Below are positions 62,401 through 64,000 of a stretch of DNA of 64,000 nt, one piece after another. The stretch spans positions 162,936,001 through 163,000,000 of the forward strand of contig NC_042999.1 of assembly GCF_006345805.1 (NCBI RefSeq), written 5' to 3'. Both the position numbers and the translations under genes were made by a program. Positions within the stretch are counted from its first letter, which is position 1, and each line of letters opens with the position of its first letter. The DNA is from Octopus sinensis. Lineage: Eukaryota. The notes beneath the pieces were generated by a model. It was not told the DNA's origin. It worked only from the letters and a program-made list of their open reading frames with translations, and did no database searches.

Positions 62401-64000
62401 CATGCAGTAGGAATGAACCTGAATGAATGAAACTACATGAATGAGAACCAAGTTTTTTAGATGAATATATATATATATATATATATATCCAACCTGCATC
62501 TAGTAATGATTTTTAAAAATAATTGTCAAAGTAGATTGTGCAGGGAAAGGGTATAATCAACTGAATGAACATTAACAACTTATATTATCTGTTTCTTTAT
62601 TGCCCACAAGGGGCTAAACATAGAGGGGACAAACAAGGACAGACAAATGGATTAAGTCGATTACATCGACCCCAGTGCGTAACTGGTACTTAATTTATCG
62701 ACCCCGAAAGGATGAAAGGCAAAGTCGACCTCGGCGGAATTTGAACTCAGAACGCAACGACAGACGCAATACTGCTAAGCATTTCGCCCGGTGTGCTAAC
62801 GTTTCTGCCAACTCACCGCCTTATATTATCATTAGAAGAACTATGAGATATCAAAAATAATAGTAGCAATAACAACAATTTAATAACATGATTTCAAGAA
62901 TAATATACTTATTGCATTACATAACTAGTATGACAGTAAAAAAATGAATGCATATCATAGCAAAATAATACAAGATGTTTAAAAAGCAAAGTATATACCT
63001 GATAGTTGTAACTTGAACTATACTGTCCAGTTCGAGGCTGGCTATTGTAACTTGAAGTTCCACGGCTCGTTGAGTAACCAGAAGACATTCTGTCGTATAC
63101 GTAACTTCCAGATGACTGATTTGATTGACTTGCTTCTGGTTCATTCAACAGGCTGCTTCTCTTGGATGTATCATAACTGTATGTACCCCTGCTCAGTCTC
63201 TGAGAAGTTGTATCACTGTAGCTCCTATTGTCAGAGGTGTAAGAACTGTTAAGAGATCCAGATCTACCAGCTGAGAAAGAACTGCTGGAATTGGACTTAC
63301 TCACTACTGGAGGGCTTCCAAGCAATGAACCTGCTCCTATCATAGCAGTCTTGTCTTTACTGACAGGCGTGGTTCTCTGATTGGAGTTGGTGTTGCCCTT
63401 GTTAGAGGCCATCTGCTGAGCTGCAGCTAGAACTTGTAAATTACGCATAAAGTTAGCAGCTGCTACCATGTTTTGATTAAAGTTTCCAAAGCCCGGAGAA
63501 CTACCTGCTTTTTGATTAGGGCTAGGAAGGAGACCAGGCTTGCCAATAGCATTGGCGAGTGATGGAATATTCATGCTTGGTGAGCCACCCCAGTTGCTCT
63601 TCTGCTGTTGGTTTGAGATGAAAGCACCAGTTTGGGAAGTATTCTTGTCACTTCCTTGATTCAGGTTTGCTGCCAACCCTTGCAGATTATTGCTGTTCTG
63701 CATTGTGCTCATTAACTGACCAAGTGCCATCAATTGTTGGATGTTCAAGTTTTGAATTTTCTGAACATCAGAAACTGGAGTCTGAGTAAATGGTACCTTA
63801 ACAGGTTTTGGCAAAGCGGCATTTCCTTCATTGAAACCAGTAGGTAGAGGATTCACATCTTGGTTTTGTCTTTTGGCAGCACTTGCTTTTTTGTCATCTG
63901 ATGATGGTTCTTTGTTCATTTGAGACATTAAATTCTGAACGAGGATGTTAGCTTGAGCAGTCATAGGGTCGCCCAAGAGTGAAGGCTTCTGTCCTTTGAG
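47234..64000 (-). CDS. RAVER1: RAVER1/2-like ribonucleoprotein PTB-binding protein, 3' portion (6 exons visible; RRM exons expected beyond the window end)
   Basis: The last exon encodes [42 protein letters not shown], matching the conserved Raver C-terminus as I recall it (human RAVER1 [42 protein letters not shown]). PRI-like SLLGDP and SLLGSPP motifs are also present. Raver1 versus Raver2 cannot be resolved from sequence alone. Confidence 0.88.
47576..48645 (+). mobile_element. piggyBac family B deletion derivative in the last RAVER intron
   Basis: Perfect CCCTTTCGTTAC TIRs with TTAA on both sides. The 5' 250 bp is nearly identical to 16300-16560, and a tandemly duplicated transposase fragment lies at about 47890-48170. 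Confidence 0.92.
48773..48910 (-). CDS. RAVER1: RAVER exon, 46 aa ([13 protein letters not shown]...STTSL)
   Basis: ctcctttgtttcatcag|ACT acceptor and CTG|gtaagt donor, 138 nt, phase 0-0. Confidence 0.88.
50526..50699 (-). CDS. RAVER1: RAVER exon, 58 aa ([10 protein letters not shown]...GAYTND)
   Basis: ttctttttctcttcaaatttaaaag|CAC acceptor and GAT|gtaaga donor, 174 nt, phase 0-0. Confidence 0.8.
51764..51880 (-). CDS. RAVER1: RAVER exon, 39 aa ([18 protein letters not shown]...ANSYT)
   Basis: tttttcag|ACT acceptor and ACA|gtatgt donor, 117 nt, phase 0-0. Absent from the ORF track. Confidence 0.8.
52520..55715 (+). mobile_element. Ty3/Gypsy LTR retrotransposon, 5'-truncated and decayed, antisense in a RAVER intron
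   Basis: Domain order: gag knuckle [14 protein letters not shown] (about 52570), protease ALVDMGC (52721), [13 protein letters not shown] and SYIDDILV, RNase H WCDASS and NVAELDAV, integrase HH..CDRC and [11 protein letters not shown] purine tract precedes a probable 3' LTR TG...CA at 55389-55715. Confidence 0.9.
55875..56042 (-). CDS. RAVER1: RAVER exon, 56 aa (TGNNVGSS...[12 protein letters not shown])
   Basis: Long pyrimidine tract then ctag|ACT, donor CAG|gttagt, 168 nt, phase 0-0. Confidence 0.85.
56248..56632 (+). mobile_element. Non-autonomous Helitron
   Basis: A|TC 5' end, CTAG|T 3' end, GC-rich subterminal hairpin region, no TSD. Confidence 0.8.
57806..58195 (+). mobile_element. 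Non-autonomous Helitron (related 5' end at 36311-36554)
   Basis: A|TC...CCCGAgcaacgTCGGG-8 nt-CTAG|T. Confidence 0.82.
62590..62822 (-). mobile_element. tRNA-derived SINE, family 3 (core resembles the MetaSINE domain); copies at 38454-38656 (+) and 58925-59100 (-)
   Basis: Core gtcgactttgcctttcatcctttcggggtcgataaattaagtacc. The 38454 copy has the 15-bp TSD ttaatatccagcaga. The Meta assignment is from memory only. Confidence 0.8.
62999..64000 (-). CDS. RAVER1: RAVER large internal exon (runs off the window; Q/N/S-rich, PRI-like motifs)
   Basis: Open frame from 64000 ([16 protein letters not shown]...) to ...SSSYNYQ|gtatat, phase 0. Confidence 0.9.

Overview
AT-rich, repeat-dense animal DNA. 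The SINE, LINE and microsatellite content looks like an octopod cephalopod (inferred from memory of octopus repeats, not from a search). Two convergent host genes were reconstructed by hand from splice sites. (1) A complete vasa/DDX4 germline DEAD-box helicase on +, 12 coding exons from 7888 to 33214 that join in frame to 675 aa, starting MARGRGRG and ending EEEELWE. (2) The 3' part of a RAVER1/2-like PTB cofactor on -, from the window end down to 47234, with an unusual Ser/Tyr/Thr/Gly/Asn-rich block encoded by four symmetric phase-0 exons. Most of the rest is mobile DNA. About 16 TTAA-flanked piggyBac-family elements of two TIR types are present, including a three-level nest in vasa intron 4 whose 2378-bp core still carries a DDD transposase with one stop and one homopolymer frameshift. 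Also present are three tRNA-derived SINE families, RTE and Penelope-like retroelements, a CpG-eroded Ty3/Gypsy, Tigger and hAT fossils, and non-autonomous Helitrons. The best leads are a possible in-frame vasa-piggyBac exon-trap fusion, the modular prion-like RAVER exon array, and an unidentified GC-rich 612-bp retroposed insert with a 14-bp target-site duplication. All coordinates were counted by hand and no database search was run.
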